NCBI GenBank assembly: GCA_039180365.1
Contig: JBCDDI010000001.1
Span: 1 to 31,478 of the forward strand
From: Pseudomonadota bacterium
GTDB taxonomy: Bacteria > Pseudomonadota > Gammaproteobacteria > Pseudomonadales > Azotimanducaceae
Length of the DNA stretch: 31,478 bases
Direction: 5' to 3'
Shown here piece after piece: positions 29,012-31,478 of the stretch (position 1 is the first letter of the stretch; every line of letters starts with the position of its first letter). The notes under the pieces are model-generated. The model saw only the letters and a list, made by a program, of their open reading frames with translations, ran no database searches and was not told where the DNA came from. The position numbers were made by a program, and so were the translations under genes.

Positions 29012-30034
29012 TCAGGCATCCGCGGGCCAGAGCCAGGCCGCTCCGCGAACGCCGCTGGCTGCACCGTAGGCGGGCGCGGTCAGCGCGGTTTCGAATACCT
29101 CTCCGAAAACGTGCGGCGCCATGAGTTCCCTGACGATCGGATAAAGGTCTTGCATCTCCGAAAGGCCGCCACCGAGAACGATGACGTCGGGGTCGAGCAG
29201 GTTAACGATGGCCGCCAGGTTCGCCGCCAGCGTATGGGACCAGAGCAGGAGCGTCAGGCGCGCCTGCTGCACGGGGTCGCCGAAAACTGGGGCACTGCGA
29301 GAAGCCGCCAGCGCCTGGACAATTTGCGACCCTTCGAGGTCGTCCTCGAGGAACCGACGATGCCAGTCTGGAGGGGCATCGGCGAGTCGAGCCTGCGCGT
29401 AGATGGCAGCAGCGTCCACCGGCATGGGCGCCTGCTTCGGAAACAGGGTCTTGTAGCTCTGGTGCAGGCCCGGCCCGGACAGATGCGTTTCCACGCAGTC
29501 CATGCGGCCGCAGTAGCAGGTCCGGCCAGCAAGTTCCTTCGCCACCGCAACCGCTGGTGTGTGCCCCCACTCACCGACAAGCCCATTCCTGCCCTTGAGC
29601 AACTGGCCGTTGACCACAACGCCTCCGCCCACCCCGGTACCAAGGATGACGCCAAAGACCACGCCAGCACCGGCTGCAGCACCGTCACTTGCCTCCGAAA
29701 GGGCAAAACAGTCCGCGTCGTTGGCGATGCGCACACGGTCACCCAGTCGAGTAATCAGATCAATCAGCAGCGGTCTGCCGTTCAGCCAGGTTGAGTTGCA
29801 GTTCTGCATGCGTTCGGGACCCGGTAGCCAGCTGCCCGGGGTGCCAATGCCAACGGCTGGCTTTTCTCCGCCTTCGAGCGCCTGTACGAGCGCTTCAATC
29901 GCATCAAGGGTCCCCCCATAGTCATCGCGAGGCGTAGGTCGACGGAGACGCTTTACCACGCGCGAACCTTCGAGACGGATGCCTTCGATCTTGGTCCCAC
30001 CCAGATCGACGCCAATACGCGCCGGCCCGGTCAC
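29012..30034 (-). CDS. ROK family sugar kinase (Mak/NagK-like)
   Basis: IGVDLGGTKIE, NSTWLNG, ANDADCFALSE, ILGTGVGGG, GEWGH, CYCGRMDCVE, VLGGGLS, SGVRGAAWLW. GTG 30034 overlaps the ampD TGA (GTGA); the ORF track gives 30052. Confidence 0.92.
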   Translation of the reverse strand: MTGPARIGVDLGGTKIEGIRLEGSRVVKRLRRPTPRDDYGGTLDAIEALVQALEGGEKPAVGIGTPGSWLPGPERMQNCNSTWLNGRPLLIDLITRLGDRVRIANDADCFALSEASDGAAAGAGVVFGVILGTGVGGGVVVNGQLLKGRNGLVGEWGHTPAVAVAKELAGRTCYCGRMDCVETHLSGPGLHQSYKTLFPKQAPMPVDAAAIYAQARLADAPPDWHRRFLEDDLEGSQIVQALAASRSAPVFGDPVQQARLTLLLWSHTLAANLAAIVNLLDPDVIVLGGGLSEMQDLYPIVRELMAPHVFGEVFETALTAPAYGAASGVRGAAWLWPADA

Positions 30035-30576
30035 CAGAGTCCGTCCAGACACTCGCGCCAGCGAAAGGCTGGACCTGGATCCGTCTTACGGCCGGGGGCT
30101 ACTTCCTGATGACCGACGATTGCGCTGCGGGAAAGGCCGGGATAACGCTTGAGAAGCGCGGTAAGGATCTTCTGCAGTCGACGGTATTGGGCCTTCGTAA
30201 AGGGGCGACTGTCGGTCCCCTCGAGCTCAATGCCGATTGCATAGTCGTTGCAACCTTCCCGGCCCCGCCAGCTGGATGCGCCCGCATGCCAGGCCCGTTC
30301 GTTGAAGGGGACAAACTGCGTGGTGCGGCCACGTCGATCAATGAAAAGATGAGCGGACACCCGCAGACCTTCCAGATCCGCAAGGCGCTCGTCCGCAGCC
30401 ACGTCCAGACGATTGAGAAACAGAGCTTCCACGCAGCCGGTGCCGAACTCCCCGGGGGGAAGGGAAATGTTGTGCACGATAACCAGGCTGAGATCTGTGG
30501 GATCGGGCCGCACGTTCCGGTTCGGTGAGGTGCACTGGCGCGTGCGCAACAGGCGATGGTCTTCGGATACCTGCAA
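30031..30576 (-). CDS. ampD: 1,6-anhydro-N-acetylmuramyl-L-alanine amidase
   Basis: SPNRNVRP, VHNISLPPGEFG, VSAHLFIDR, RAWHAG, CNDYAIGIELEG, GHQEVAPGRKTDPG. Confidence 0.96.
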   Translation of the reverse strand: MQVSEDHRLLRTRQCTSPNRNVRPDPTDLSLVIVHNISLPPGEFGTGCVEALFLNRLDVAADERLADLEGLRVSAHLFIDRRGRTTQFVPFNERAWHAGASSWRGREGCNDYAIGIELEGTDSRPFTKAQYRRLQKILTALLKRYPGLSRSAIVGHQEVAPGRKTDPGPAFRWRECLDGLW

Positions 30577-30727
30577 GGCGTCCCTTCTCTCGAATCAGCA
30601 AACGGAGTGCAGCAACGCAGCTTTCACCTGGGCCAGCTTTACCTGGCGGAAGCTGCGCCGTAGTGTTTCACACCGCTACCCTTTTTATACCTTTACCGCA
30701 CCCACGGATACAGGATAGTCGGAACCC

Positions 30728-31478
30728 ATGAAGTATCTGCCCACTGGCATCGACGAAGCCGGCTTTCTGGCGACTGTCAGAGACAACGTCCGCGCAGCTC
30801 TCATCGAGGACGTGGGGCCGGGCGACGTCTCGGCCGCCCTCATAGACCCGGGAACCTCGGCGGAAGCCACGGTGATCACCCGCACCGCCGGCATCGTCTG
30901 CGGCCTGCCCTGGGTTCAGGAAGTCTGCACCCAGGTGGACGACGCCATCCGCGTTAAGGCAGCTGTCAGCGACGGCGATCGGGTGGAGGCCGATGACGTG
31001 TTGTTCACCCTCTCGGGCCCGGCAGCGGCGCTGCTCACCGCAGAACGCCCGGCGCTGAATTTCCTGCAGCTGCTCTCCGGCACTGCCACCCGCACGGCGG
31101 AGTTCGTCAAGCTGATCGCCCACACGCAAACGCGGCTCCTGGACACGCGGAAGACCGTACCGGGCCTGCGCCTGGCCCAGAAGTACGCCGTGCGCTGCGG
31201 CGGCGGCGGCAATCACCGCATCGGTCTCTTTGATCAGTTTCTCATCAAAGAGAATCACATCGCCGCCGCCGGGGGGATTGGCCCTGCTGTTGCCCGGGCT
31301 AGAGCGCTCAACCCGGGACTCAAGGTTGAGGTGGAGGTCGAGACTCTGGACGAACTCGGCGAAGCCATTGATGCCGGGGCCGACATTGCGATGGTCGACA
31401 ACTTTACGATCGACGAAACCCACAAGGCCGTACAGCTAGGTCGTGGCCGGATCGAACTCGAATCCTCCGGAGGCATCG
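30728..31478 (+). CDS. nadC: Nicotinate-nucleotide pyrophosphorylase (carboxylating); runs off the window
   Basis: Not in the ORF track because it has no stop. My translation gives [58 protein letters not shown]. Divergent from ampD as in other Gammaproteobacteria. Confidence 0.97.
   Translation, partial: MKYLPTGIDEAGFLATVRDNVRAALIEDVGPGDVSAALIDPGTSAEATVITRTAGIVCGLPWVQEVCTQVDDAIRVKAAVSDGDRVEADDVLFTLSGPAAALLTAERPALNFLQLLSGTATRTAEFVKLIAHTQTRLLDTRKTVPGLRLAQKYAVRCGGGGNHRIGLFDQFLIKENHIAAAGGIGPAVARARALNPGLKVEVEVETLDELGEAIDAGADIAMVDNFTIDETHKAVQLGRGRIELESSGGI

Overview
A high-GC, gene-dense chromosomal window from a Gammaproteobacterium, probably Pseudomonadales-like; this is inferred from AmrZ, fxsA-groES-groEL, nadC/ampD, aceEF and exeAB. 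It is mostly core genome. In order it holds: a MacB/FtsX-type ABC system with a NUDIX gene, an amrZ-like Arc regulator followed by an LqsR-like response regulator, an osmoprotectant-type ABC importer, sbcB, an SLC13 transporter, a lipoprotein aminopeptidase, a YihG-type acyltransferase, exeA/exeB, a GAF-HD-GYP phosphodiesterase, a coiled-coil membrane protein, a short PuuD-like protein, groESL with a perfect CIRCE, fxsA, an ATL, ampG, yajQ, a REC-degenerate-GGDEF protein, PduO, aceEF, a ROK kinase, ampD and nadC. I saw no tRNA, rRNA, CRISPR array, transposase or integrase. The best candidate for an undescribed system is the two-gene operon joining an AmrZ-type transcription factor to an orphan Legionella LqsR-type response regulator, which has a hairpin+U7 element in its leader. 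Other leads are a 339-bp convergent gene overlap, a ~120-nt structured intergenic element next to the HD-GYP gene, a catalytically dead GGDEF with an intact I-site, a candidate leader peptide before aceE, and an ampD-coupled ROK kinase. All homology calls come from motifs and recalled family sequences, not from database searches.
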